The position numbers were made by a program, and so were the translations under genes. 64,000 nt of DNA, from positions 420,376 to 484,375 of the forward strand of contig MU008193.1 of NCBI GenBank assembly GCA_010909165.1, read 5' to 3'. The notes beneath the pieces are model-generated. The model did no database searches, was not told where the DNA came from, and was given only the letters and a program-made list of their open reading frames with translations. Source of the stretch: Anthoceros angustus (taxonomy: Eukaryota > Plantae > Anthocerotophyta). Of the stretch, positions 51,106 through 63,100 are shown one piece after another (the first letter of the stretch is position 1; every line of letters starts with the position of its first letter).

Positions 51106-51150
51106 GTACAAACAATAGAACATCACCAACTATCATTTCATGAGGGAGTA

Positions 51151-51372
51151 ATGTCTATAGCCTTTGAAAATGGAATAATCTACCTTCACGGATTTGGAGG
51201 ACCGCCTTTATCTCTATCTTTATCCGAAACCTCACAAATATCACGGATAGAGTTCTTTGGTGGACTCTTAGGCTTACCTTTGGCACATGAGGTGCTTATG
51301 TTTCAGACTGTGGATGATGGCCCACATAGGAGGACATATATGTTGAAATGTAGTTTCTTCGAAGATTCGTAG
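51151..51372 (+). CDS. Hypothetical 73-aa ORF 45 bp downstream of the RING gene
   Basis: ATG-initiated with protein-like composition. No recognisable motif. Confidence 0.3.
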   Translation: MSIAFENGIIYLHGFGGPPLSLSLSETSQISRIEFFGGLLGLPLAHEVLMFQTVDDGPHRRTYMLKCSFFEDS

Positions 51373-52397
51373 GCTTACCATTGGCAAATGAGATGCTTGT
51401 GTCTCAAATGGTGAATGATCACCTGAAGAGGAGGATACATAAATTCATATATTTCATCTAGAGATAACACACAGAAGGAGATGAGGTGATGTCTTGCCCT
51501 AATGACACTCATAATTACGGCTCCTAAAGCTCCTAAGCTGTAGTTAGGGAATTATTTTATCTCACACCTATGTATCTATGTACATACCTATGTACCTATG
51601 TACCTAGTTGTTATATTTCAGTCCCATGATGATCATACGTCCTTCGTGGAGTTAAAAAGAATTTCTTGTTTCTTCTTCTTCTTCTTCTTCGCACCCTTGG
51701 CTAACGACGAGGGATCGGTGAATTAGTGGGATGGCATAACCAAGCTTGGCGCCACAATCTTATGGTACTTTTGTAATCTGTTGTAACATGTCAACATGGA
51801 GGTTTGATCGTGAAGTGAGGGATTCGGAATAGGCTAAATAAATACCTAGCAATAAAACTTACGACCATTAGTTCACAAGGGCCCATTGGAGGGGATTCCG
51901 GAATAGTCTAAATAGCCCTAGCTTAAATAGAAACTTACCAGCCATTAGTTCACAAGAGCCCATTGGTATTCCCCTCGCTTGCCTTTTTCCTTAACTCATA
52001 CTTTGAATAAAATCCAAAGTTTTCCTTAAAAAAATCATAACAATTACATGACCACCCTGAGGAAATGAAGTCTCCAAGCTTTCTACTTCGAGAGGAGACA
52101 ATCTTCAGAAAGATTAGGGTTATGTACCAGTTCGGCTGGCCGCATATGCGTACTCGGCACGTTGCTCATAATAGCAACTTGCTGCCAGCCAGAAAGCAGT
52201 TGGGCCGTATTTGGATCGATTAGATGCATGGTATCGTAGTGCATGTGCTTGTCATCCCCTGTGACACTCTCAGACGCAGAAAGAGCGAGCCCATACAAAG
52301 AAGAACCAATGGGATCTTTCGGGGCACGCAACCTCGTAGTGTCACCAACTCGATAACCGGCTTCACCTTCGAGTAGGAGCAGGAGCAGGTGGACGAC

Positions 52398-52740
52398 TAC
52401 ATCCTAAAACCTGAGACTTGGGGCGGCGGTGAGTGTGCACCGAAGATTCCTGAGGGCATTCCCTACATCCTAAGGCACAAAGACTTGGGGCAGCAGAAGA
52501 CGTGCACCAAAGATTCCTGAGGGCATTCCCTACATCCTAAGGCACAAAGACTTGGGGCGGAAGGCGTGCAGAGATTCTGAGGGCATTCCCTACATCCTAA
52601 GGCACAAAGACTTGGGGCGTGAGAGAGGCCAGTGATGCCTTGAAGATTCTGAGGCATTCCCTACATCCTAAGGCACAAGGGCAGGCAGCGTAAGAGCAGT
52701 GAGTGCGCTTGCCGAAGATTCCTGAGGGCATTCCAAAGCA
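52398..52740 (+). repeat. Tandem array (~5.5 units, 61-72 bp), probably coding KIPEGIPYILRHKDLG-xn
   Basis: Core AAGATTCCTGAGGGCATTCCCTACATCCTAAGGCACAAAGACTTGGGGC at 52443, 52510, 52571, 52643 and (partial) 52715. Confidence 0.85.
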
Positions 52741-54286
52741 TCCATCCACCGCCGATGCGCTACGTCAATCACCTACACAAGGTGATTGGCGTGGTGGATA
52801 GGTTGAAGGAAGACATGTAAAGAAACTTCTCCATGCTTCACTCCTGCAAGCACGGGGCTGCTAAGCCACCAGGAATGCGACACCCAAAAGGACAAATCCA
52901 GAATGCTCAGTGTAGCACCACCCTCGGCACGAAATTGGAGGGTTCTCCCGAACAAATCTTGGGCACTAGTGGCAGCTGCGTGGTGCTCGACTACCTTGCT
53001 GGAATGCCTACCCTGTCAATTTACCAACTAGTGTATGAGATGCTGGAGTATATATTTGGAAGTGAGGCGTCCGCTTGGGAGAACAGTGGGGCGAAACATT
53101 CAACACCATAATACACTATTAACAAAAAATAAATAAAAAAGACCAAAATATACTTCATTGATAAACAATGAAAATAGATATTATTTAATTATTTTAGCTA
53201 ATTGTTAAATTATATAATTATGAAATAAGTAAGCTTTACTATATATATATATAATATATAGTTCTATCATCTAAATGATACCTAAAGATATATAGAAGAC
53301 GACAAGACAACACAAACAAGCAGATGACTTACCATATATGTCATACATGGATGGAAGTGCTACACCTAACCATGCATATACCCATATGGAACCTTCCAAG
53401 GAAGCTTAGGGGAAACCTCATGAGCCTCACATATATATAGGCCTGGAGCAATTGATCTCTCGATCACAAGTAATCAAAACAATTTATATTGTCGGAAGCT
53501 AGGATGCGGACGCCCTCCAAGTATTGCATGTTTTCTAGTGGAGTCGTGGTGGGTGAGGTGATGATCATGAGGTGAGGTGCCTTTTGCACTCATGGGGGGA
53601 GGCACCTCCGCTTGCATGTCTCGAGACCCAACTTGTGAAATAGCCACACTTTTTCACTCAGTCGAGACCCAACATGAGAGCTACACCTCGAGCCCAGTTT
53701 AGGCTTGGGGGCCGCGACATGGACCTCAAATCCACCTGACGGTGAGAAAGGCGTGGATGGTGAGGGCTGCGAATGGCAGAGGATGAGGGTCAGGCCTAGG
53801 CGATGGCTGGTTGTGGCAGGGGTGGCCCTAGGCAATGGAGGTAGGGATGTGGAGACCCTATATATACATCTGGTGGTGGCTTAAACATTGGGACCATGGG
53901 GCCTTGGCCCGAACCTGCAACTCTGCTTTCTTTGAGGGGCATGCTTGGTTTTTGCTAGTCACCAGCCTAGGTGGTGAACAGCAAGGCAGGCGGGCTGGGT
54001 GATGGGCGCCTGTCTGTGACAAGCAATGGCCTGTTGAAGGCCTAGCCACGACGACAGTCGGTACAGTGTTCTTCCCACCCTCACATATGGCGGGCAGGCT
54101 CGATGCTGTTCACTGCCATGACATGAGCTTGGCTCGTAGTGCAGATGTGGAGGGTGGCTCGCTGTGTTCCTCATGCTCTCCATTTGACATAACTGTGGTC
54201 CATGCTCCTCATGCTCTCCATGTCATACATGTTCTCCATGTGTCTCGTGCTCACCAAGTGTCTAAGAATTGTCTTGTGTGTGCAAG

Positions 54287-56920
54287 GGAAATTCCTCTAG
54301 GTCCAGATGTGAGGAGCTTGAAGAAAGTGAGGAGGCCAGAGCTGTGGAAGACAATGATCAGGAGGGGAGCTCTGGGCACTCATCTGGTGACAATGACGAG
54401 ATTGCAAGCGAGGTGGAAGCGAGCTCACAGGAATGTGGCCCAGCCGTGGCAAATCCGTGGAATCCAAGGAGGCCGTGAGCGGGCAGAAAGGAGAAAGGAG
54501 CGCGGCAGTGGCGAAAGAGCACTTCTGGAGGGAATATGGGAGAAGCAAAAGAGCCCATGGCAAGATGGACATAGAGGGCGGCTGATGGTAGCCTCCATTG
54601 TGTTGGGGTGGACGTCAAAGATCTGGGGTTCGCAAATGGACTGAGGAACAGGTTGGGGAATGAGGAGGTGGAGAAGCTTTTTGGCCCCCCTAGAACTGTT
54701 TGGTTGAGATTCACACTCGAGTGTTGAACAATGTGCAAGAAGAAGAATTTTATCATAGTCTATTGGGACAAAATTGCTATCAGGCGACTTGGTACTTAAT
54801 AATTTGTACCTTGAACAATGTGGAAGAAGAAGAAGAATTTTATTATAGTCTAATGGGACAAAATTGCCATCATGGGACTTGGTACTTAACAACTTGTACC
54901 ACCTTTTTGAGTGCTCCTTGCACTTTTGGCGGGCATCCACTCCTTTTAGGCAACCCATGTTCACCATGCTTTGGCTTATCTTGGCAATTTTTCGAATGAG
55001 TTGTTGAGCAGCACCATGTACACCCTAGTGATTCTTTGTGTTTCTCCTCCACTTGGCTGCCATCCTTGGCGACCACCTGATCCATATAGCTGGGGAGTTG
55101 ACAAATGTAAATCTGCAACTTGATAAGGTGGATGCCACTGCAAAGGAGGTAAAGAAGGCATTGACCAGTGAAAAACAGAGGCTTAGGGAGGTGGCGTTCG
55201 ACATTCGCAAGTGTTCCCAAGGAATAGAGATGGTGCAAAAGAGCATTGAAGAGGACGAGTCTCAGACTTTTGAGGACATTTAAGGGCACAGATCCCTGAT
55301 CAGCCACCTTTCGGGCCAGCTTCAAGCCTTGTATGCTCTGGAGAAGAGCCTGTACCTGGTATAGAGCATACAAGGCTTGAAGCATCAAAACTCCTCAACC
55401 CCGCGCGAGTCTGCCGGGTTGAGGAAACTAACAGGAGGAAAGTGCTGCCAACGAGGCTTCAACAACGAGGCTGTTGTCCACCGTAAGGAACGGATGTTCA
55501 ACATCCTCAAGTCCCTTGCAGCAGTTATGGATGTTGAAGTGGAGGGGAAGCTGGTCGCACTAACTTTCTTCCAGCGCCCTTTGAGCGGACGATAGGGCCA
55601 ACCATTGCTGTGAATGCTTGCCCTATATGCGCTAGGTATTCTTTTGGTGTATTGTGCAGATATGTTTACTTGTCTGCCTGGTGTCTGCCTTGTTTCTCAT
55701 TGAGTGCGTGTTATTGCAGGTGGGTTGGTTGCAATGAGCAGGTTTTGCTCTCATGTGGGCATATGTACCATGAATTTTGCCGCTTTTCTCATTTGCAGAC
55801 CAACAAGACATGTGCCCTTGAAGACTGTAGCATGGATGTGGACACTCGATGGTATGTCACAAAAGGCTGGGACCTTCCACAACGAACAATACTGGAGGCA
55901 TGGTGCAGTGAACAGCTCAAGGAGTGGAAGTCCGAGTACCTTGAGCTATTAAAGGATCCGGATGCATTGCTCACCTGCCTTGAGAAGCTGCGCCGAAGCC
56001 ACCACCAGGACATATGTGCAGCAGCATCTCCAGGTGTGGGCAGAGGGGTGTGGGCAGAGGAACGGGGTTTTCCCTTTGCCTTGTGTTACTTTCCCTCCAT
56101 AGCTAATGCTATCATCGTGTTTTTCTGCAGCTTACTACGATAAGCTGCCTTCAGTGTCAAGTGCCAGTCGCCGTGTTCCCATTCGGAACACGACGACTTT
56201 CTTTGCCACCCCTAGCGACGGCTCTTACGGCTCAGGTTTTGGCGAACCGGGTCAGGTCATAGAGGGGGGTGCTTGGACCAACACCAACACAAGGGGGGCA
56301 ATTTGGTGTAGGCCTAGGGGAGATTGCAACAGCAGAATTGCAGGAGAAAGACAACACACAGGCATCAGGAGGATCACAGAAGGGCCCAGTGGCTGTGGAA
56401 CAAGATGCAGTGTGTGTGTGGGGGGCGGGGAGGGAAGGGGGAGGGTAGATCATTTGGTCCATGGAGGTGATGACATGGTGGGCATATTGGTGGACGACAT
56501 CCAATCCTTGAACACAGTCCTTTTGATGACTTTTCACCTGATGCTGAAGTTTTGGACAACTTTGCAACAATGTCCACACTTGAGTAGGCGAAGGCCACAC
56601 CTGTGGTAGAGAAGGACCGGCCCGAGGTGTAGAAGGACCGACCTGAGGTGGAGAATGAATGGCGTGAGGTGGAGAAGGCCGCACCTGAGCAGGAGAAGGC
56701 CACACTTGCAGTGGAGAAGGCCACACATGAGCAAAAAAAGGCCACACATGAGGTGGAGAATGACACAACTGAGGTTGAGAAGGCCACACTTGAGGTGGAC
56801 AAGGACACACTTGAGGTGGACAAGGACACACTTGAGGTGGACAAGGATACACCTCAGGTGGAGAATGAGGACACATCTCATGAGGCGAAGAAGGATGCAC
56901 CTCAGCCCCGGACAAGGACA
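54287..56920 (+). pseudogene. Multi-exon acidic/coiled-coil/RING-H2/heptad-repeat gene, truncated by LTR insertion
   Basis: Acidic exon from ~54287; coiled coil ELTNVNLQLDKVDATAKEVKKALTSEKQRLREV (55038-55283); GPTIAVNACPICAR, intron 55636-55719, then WVGCNEQVLLSCGHMYHEFC..CALEDC; further intron ~56034-56130; EVEKATL repeats up to 56920. Confidence 0.65.
56620..56880 (+). repeat. 21-bp coding minisatellite (GAGGTGGAGAAGGCCACACTT; EVEKATL/EVDKDTL)
   Basis: About 11 units, in frame in ORF 56648-56944. Confidence 0.9.
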
Positions 56921-57105
56921 TGTAGTGGAGAAAATTTGGGCTGAGTGCTGTTGTGGGGCGCGACTTTTCTTGATGCTTGACGGTAGCGTCCGTGTCGTTG
57001 TAGGAAGAAGTCCGTTCCCAAGGGAATGATAGGCCCGTTTACGTTTGGTGATTCTTACGTCCTTAGCGCTCGTTCGGTCTCAACACACATACTCTAACTA
57101 CTCTA

Positions 57106-60100
57106 GCGTTCACCGTCTAGGCCGGTATGGCCAAGCGTTTAAGGACCCGTTCGCGTCCGTATCGTTCACATACATCCCTCACGCATCAGTCCTTTCCTCT
57201 CTCCCTCACGCTACACTCTTGATCTTAGAAAAAAGCGGGTTCTGTGATCCGGACCTCCTCGTCGTTCCGGGCCTCTCGTCCGGGCTCTACCGCCCTCCGG
57301 AGTTCCTCCGGCTCACACGTTCGTCCCGTTCGGTGCGGGCGGCTCGGACGAGCACGGATCACCGATCACCCTTCCTGCACACCACAGCAGCGTTAAGTCG
57401 TCACGGGACCTTGATCAATCTCCCGGAGGCGCCGTGCGGTGACTCGGGACTCACGTTAGCAAGAAGACTCACAAAGGTGCAGAGCGGCATCAACACCAAG
57501 AAAGATGCTTTACTAGGCGACCTCGGCCCTCTTATCTGCGCCCAAGTGGCGTCTTTATTACACCCCTATTACGGTGATAGCCATTTCGGTATACCCTAAT
57601 CGGCCGCCTACCATCCTATTTCCCCCTATCTCCTTCATTGTGGTGGGAAGGTCCACAGGCCCCCCTCGGAATGGGTGGTCAATCCCCGTCAGCGGTTGTG
57701 GTGCGCAATCGGATGATCCGTGGCGGGCCCCTCCTCTCTCCGGAATCACAGCCGGGTTGGGCTCTGGCGTTCACCGTCTGAGGCCGGTATGGCCAAGCGT
57801 TTGAGACCCGTTCGGCGTCATCGTTCACATACATCCTCACGCATCAGTCCTTTCCTCTCTCTCCCCTCGCTACACTCTTGATCTTAGAAAAAAGCGCGGG
57901 TTCTGTGATCCGGACCTCCTCGTCGTTCCGGGCCTCTCGTCCGGGCTCTACACCCTCCGGGTTCCTCCGGCTCACGTTCGGTCCGTTCGGTCGGGCGGCT
58001 CGGGACCGCAGTCACCATCACCCTTCGCACACACACAGCGCGTTAAGTCGTCACGGGACCTTGATCAATCTCCCGGGTATCGTGCACCTTTCGGTGACTC
58101 GGGACTCACGTTAGCAAGAAGACTCACGAGCAGCATCAACACCAAGAAAGATGCTTTACTAGGCGACCTCGGCCCTCTTATCTGCGCCCAGGCGTCTTTA
58201 TTACACCCCTATTACGGTGATAGCCCTCGGTATACCCTAATCGGCCACCTGTCCTATTTCCCCCTATCTCCTTCGCCCATTGTGGGAAGGTCCACAGGCC
58301 CTCGGAATGGGTGGTCAATCCCCGTCACAGCGGTTGTGGTGCACCCAATCGGATGATCCGTGGCGGGCCCCTCCTCTCTCCGGAATCACAGCCGGGTTGG
58401 GCTCTGATCGAGCCGTTACCACGTCATCCTCCAGCCTCCCAGGTCCTTGGCCGGTGGGGCCACCGGCTATCTGCTCCCCTAAGCGTAAGTCGAAGGGGCT
58501 CCTCCTTCTTGCCGCCGGTCCTCGAGGTCTGTCTCGACTCACGAACTTGAGTCCGGCTTATTCACAGGTCCGTGGCTGGGTCAGGCCTTGTCTCAGGTCC
58601 GGACCTCGGGGTCGGTTATTCTGGGGCGGACTTAGTCCGGACTTAGTCGGACTTGAGTCCGGACTTATTCTCCGGACTTGGTCGGCCTCCCTCGGGGTCC
58701 GGACAAAGTCAGGACTCACGCCACCGGGTTTCCTCCCTCACGGGACTCCTCCGTGGCTCTCTCCTCGAAGTCCTCCATTGTTCCCGATCGGTGACTCGGG
58801 ACTCACGTTAGCAAGAAGACTCACAAAGGTGCAGAGCATCAACACCAAGAAAGATGCTTTACTAGAAGCCTCGGCCCTCTTATCTGCGCCCAAGGTGGCG
58901 TCTTTATTACACCCCTATTACGTGCTTGTCGGTATACCTAATCGGCTACCATCCTATTTCCCCCTATCTCCTTCATTGGGGAAGGTCACAGGCCCGCCTC
59001 GGAATGGGTGGTCAATCCCCGTCACGGTTGTCCAATCGGATGATCCGTGGCGGGCCCCTCCTCTCTCCGGAATCATCGGGTTGGGCTCTGGCGATCGACA
59101 GCCGTTACCAGCGTCATCCTCCCACAGCCTCCACAGGTCCCTTGCGGTGGGGCCACCGCTATCTGCTCCCCTAAGCGTAAGTCGAAGGGGCTCCTCCTTC
59201 TTGCCGCCGGTCCTCGAGGTCTGTCTCGACTCACGAACTTGAGTCCGGCTTATTCACAGGTCCGTGGCTGGGTCAGGCCTTGTCTCAGGTCCGGACCTCG
59301 GGGTCGGTTATTCTGGGGCGGACTTAGTCCGGACTTAGTCGGACTTGAGTCCGGACTTATTCTCCGGACTTGGTCGGCCTCCTCGGGGTCCGGACAAAGT
59401 CAGGACTCACGCCACCGGGTTTCCTCCCTCACGGGACTCCTCCGTGGCTCTCTCCTCGAAGTCCTCCATTGTTCCCGATCGGTGACTCGGGACTCACGTT
59501 AGCAAGAAGACTCACAAAGGTGCAGCAGCATCAACACCAAGAAAGATGCTTTACTAGGCGGCCCTCTCTTATCTGCGCCCGGCGTCTTTATTACACCCCT
59601 ATTACGGTGCTTCGGTATACCCTAATCGACCTACCATTTTCCCCCTATCTCCTTGCCATGGCTGGGAAGGTCTGGCCTCGGAATGGGTGGTCAATCCCCG
59701 TCAGTTGTGGTGCACCCAATCGGATGATCCGTGGAGGGGCCCCTCCTCTCCAATCACCGGGTTGGGCTCTCGTGATCGACAACCCGTTACCACTCATCCT
59801 CCTGGCCTCCCACAGGTCCTTGGCCGGTGGGGCCATTCTCTGCTCCCCTAAGCGTAAGTCGAAGGGGCTCCTCCTTCTTGCCGCCGGTCCTCGAGGTCTG
59901 TCTCGACTCACGACTTGAGTCCGGCTTATTCTGGTCCCGGCTAGGTCCGACCTTGTCTCAGGGTCCGGACCTCGGTCGGTTATTCAGGTCGGACTTGGTC
60001 CGGACTTATTAGTCCGGACTTGGTCCGGACTTATTCTGGTCCGGACTTGAGGTCGGCCTCCCTGAGGTCGGACAAAGTCGACTCCACCAGGTTTCCTCCC

Positions 60101-60150
60101 TCACGGGACTCCTCCGTGGCTCTCCTCGAAGTCCTCCAGCTGTTCCCGAT
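57106..60150. repeat. Higher-order repeat with order A-C-A-C-B-C-B-C-B
   Basis: A (~330 bp, starts GCGTTCACCGTCT) at 57106 and 57767. C (~300-330 bp, starts CGGTGACTCGGGACTCACGTTAGCAAGAAG) at ~57437, ~58093, ~58789 and ~59479, with no further C before the last B ends. B (~385 bp, contains AGTCCGGACT microrepeats) at ~58407, ~59091 and ~59771. Confidence 0.8.
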
Positions 60151-60159
60151 CGCGGACTC

Positions 60160-63100
60160 CCGTTGGCCCCTCCTTCCATGGTGAGGTGCGGGGTGCTTAC
60201 CTCGATCGCATCCGCTCCCTCGTTCTGCTCCTCTTGCTCCTCTCCGCGCTCCGTCATCTCCAAGCAGGGGCCACTAGGGTCCTGTCTTTGTCCCGTGGCC
60301 TTCATCTCCTTGAGCCTTCCGGGGTCCGTCCGTTTGCGGCGTCGAGGCTTCTCGCCGGAGCTCGGTGGTAATAGGCAAAGTCAGATCGACTTGTTGAATT
60401 GCCTCTTCCACGTGTGCGGGCACCGATACTCCCTCGCCATAAGTGTTCGGGATGGGCGTCTTTGCGGCTTGTTGGGCCACCTCTCGTTGTGTGGGCAGTG
60501 TCACGAGGCTACAAGGCGGCCTCGGTCACCTCCTGCAGTGCCTGCTCTCACACTCCTCGTCGTTTCCTCTCCATTGCCGACTTACCGCCATAGCGGCGTT
60601 CCCTTTCTCGGTGGACCGGCTTCTTTTACGCTTCCGGTGCTCGCGCTCCTCCGTTCATTACGGCCTTTAGCTCATGACTCCCTCTCGGTGATCGGATACC
60701 TCGTCGGGCTCGGACTTCCTCCGGCTCATACAGCAGCAGCGTCCAACTCCTTGGATAGTCGCGATTTTCCTCCGTCTTGAGACGGAGCTCACTCTCGTGC
60801 TCGAGTCGTGGATTCTCTCGTTGAGAATCACTGCTCCGCGCATCTTGGGTTGTAGCTCCAGTGTCCTTTGTCCTCCATCTGCTGCCGCCTCTCCTCTACC
60901 ACCGGTGTGCTCGGAGATCCCTATCTCCCGGTCTTGGCCTCCATCTCCTCCTTGGCCTTGCACTCCATAGCACTTTGTCGGCCTTGAGTTAGCCTCGGTA
61001 CTGCGACTCTCTCCACGGTTCGATCACGTCATAGTGATCCGGTCGCTCTTTCGACTTCTCCTTCGCCTTTACAGGCCTCGCCCTTGGCCTCTGGGGGCCG
61101 CCTCCGAGTCGAGCTCTCTGCTTGTGCCGGGCCTCTTAGCCTCTGCTGCGCTTCCCTCTTACTGCAAGGTCCTCCGCGCTTGGCCTCTGAGCTTGCTTGT
61201 GTCGCCGGTGAAGAACCTTCCAGTCTGCTGAACCGGGCCTCGCTCCGCACCGGCGTTTCCCTTCCTCGATCCGGCGAGGGACTCCGCCTTTCCTTTGCCC
61301 CTCGGCCTTCACTTGCTCTTGGGTTCCACCATCCTCCTCGGGTGGCCTCCACTTCCAGGTCTTCCTACCAAGACCCCAAAGCATTCCGTCCATGGCAGTG
61401 GCAGGACTTCGCCGTGTTTCTTCCACGGCCGTGATGAGGCCCCACAAAGTCCGTAGTGGGGCCGGCATTTCTCGATCCGAGGACCTCCATGTGATCGGAG
61501 TAAGTCGGTGGGTTCTCGGACCTAATCGGGACCCTCGGTCACAGTGGTGGTCAGAGTCTCACCCTCTTGGCCCTCTTGGCCTCTAACTCCTTTGTGCCCT
61601 CTTTCTCCAGGCTCGGAGGAGGTGAGGGGTCGGGAGCAAGCTCTTTTGCCCCTTCACAGCCGGGGCAGGGGGCCGGCATTTCTCGGTCCGAGGACCTCCA
61701 TACCTTGATCAGTAAGTCGGTGGGTTCTCGGACCTAATCGGGACCCTCGGTCACAGTGGTGGTCGAGTCTCACCCTCTTGGCCCTCTTGGCCTCTAACTC
61801 CTTTGTGCCCTCTTTCTCACAGGGCTCGGAGGAGGTGAGGGGTCGGGAGCAAGCTCTTTTGCCCCTTCACATCGGGGCAGGCTCGAGGTGGGGCTGCTGC
61901 CCGGTGACCTCCTGCTCCTTGGGCCACGTCCCTTCGCCCTCCTTACGCCTCTTGACCTCTTGCCACTCAGGTGGGCGGGGGTAAGTCTGGCACCGAGTCT
62001 TTGCGTTGGTAAGCGGCACCGTCTTCGCCTCTTGCTCCGTTGTTCGTCGGCTCGGTAGTCGTGGTTGTTGGTGCTGTGCCGGTGGGCCCGCCCTCGGCAT
62101 CGTCCCTCACTGCTTGCTCGGAGGGCACCAAAAGGAGGAAGGGAATCGCCTCCCAAACTTCCACAGGTGGTGAGGGGTTCGCTCAGCGTATGGAGTCAGG
62201 AATCCTCGATCGTCCTCCTCCAGTCGCTTGGTCTTGAAGGGCGACCCCCACCTCAGGCGCCCTTGCACGCTCTGCCAGCGGGGCCTCCGGCCGGGCGCCC
62301 GTTCAAGCTCTCCCTCCTTGAGGGCTCGAAATGTCCCCATACATGAATCGGTGTAGTCGGATGGCGAGGCTTCGCTCCTTAGCTTGCCTCTGGCCCAGGC
62401 AGGCGAAGATAATCCTTCCCAGTCCGCTCTCTTCCCTGGGCGCATGCGAGAATACCAGCAGGTTATCACCAAGGTGATCCACCTTGGTGGCGAGTTCAAT
62501 GGACAATGATCCGGGCTACCGCCCTTACTCGGTATCCGGATCGGATATCAACCATCCGTTGGTTGTCCATTGCGTTCGAGCCTCGGCATCGCGGCGTGGT
62601 GGCCCTATCTTCCCTTCGCCTTAAGGGGCTCGCACCGCCCCTTCTTCCTCCTTGGGCGGTTGTAGGCCATCCTCGGGACCTCAAGGTCCATCGCCTCGGG
62701 TCCTCCGGAGGTTCTTGGATCGGACCTCCTTGTTGATCGCCCTTTCTTGGGGCAAACTCCCGGACTAGGTTGTCAAAGGTCAGACCATTTGGAACACGTC
62801 CGGATGCCACTCACCAACTTCCTCCGGCCCCTTGGGCGCCGCTCAAGCTCTCCCTCCTTGAGCTCGAAATGTCCCCATACATGAATCGGTGTGGGGTCGG
62901 CCGATGGCGAGGCTTCTCGCTCCTTAGCTTGCGTGCCTCTGGTGACCGGCGAAGATAATCCTTCCCGGTCCGCTCTCTTCCCATTGGGCGCATGCGAGAA
63001 TACCAAGGTTATCACCAAGGTGATCCACCTTGGTGGCGAGTTCAATGGACAATGATCCGGGCTACCGCCCTTACTCGGCGGATCGGATATCAACCATCCG

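Noticed and set aside
51140-51150. Shine-Dalgarno-like GAGGGAG before ORF 51151 (bacterial HGT)
   Set aside because: A single short purine match with no other bacterial features.
52398-52740. CRISPR array
   Set aside because: The linkers are short, uneven and mutually similar, the core translates as a peptide repeat, there are no cas genes, and the context is eukaryotic.
58280-59918. ORFs of 320, 151 and 182 aa in the repeat block
   Set aside because: They arise from stop-poor GC-rich repeats; frames are not conserved between copies.
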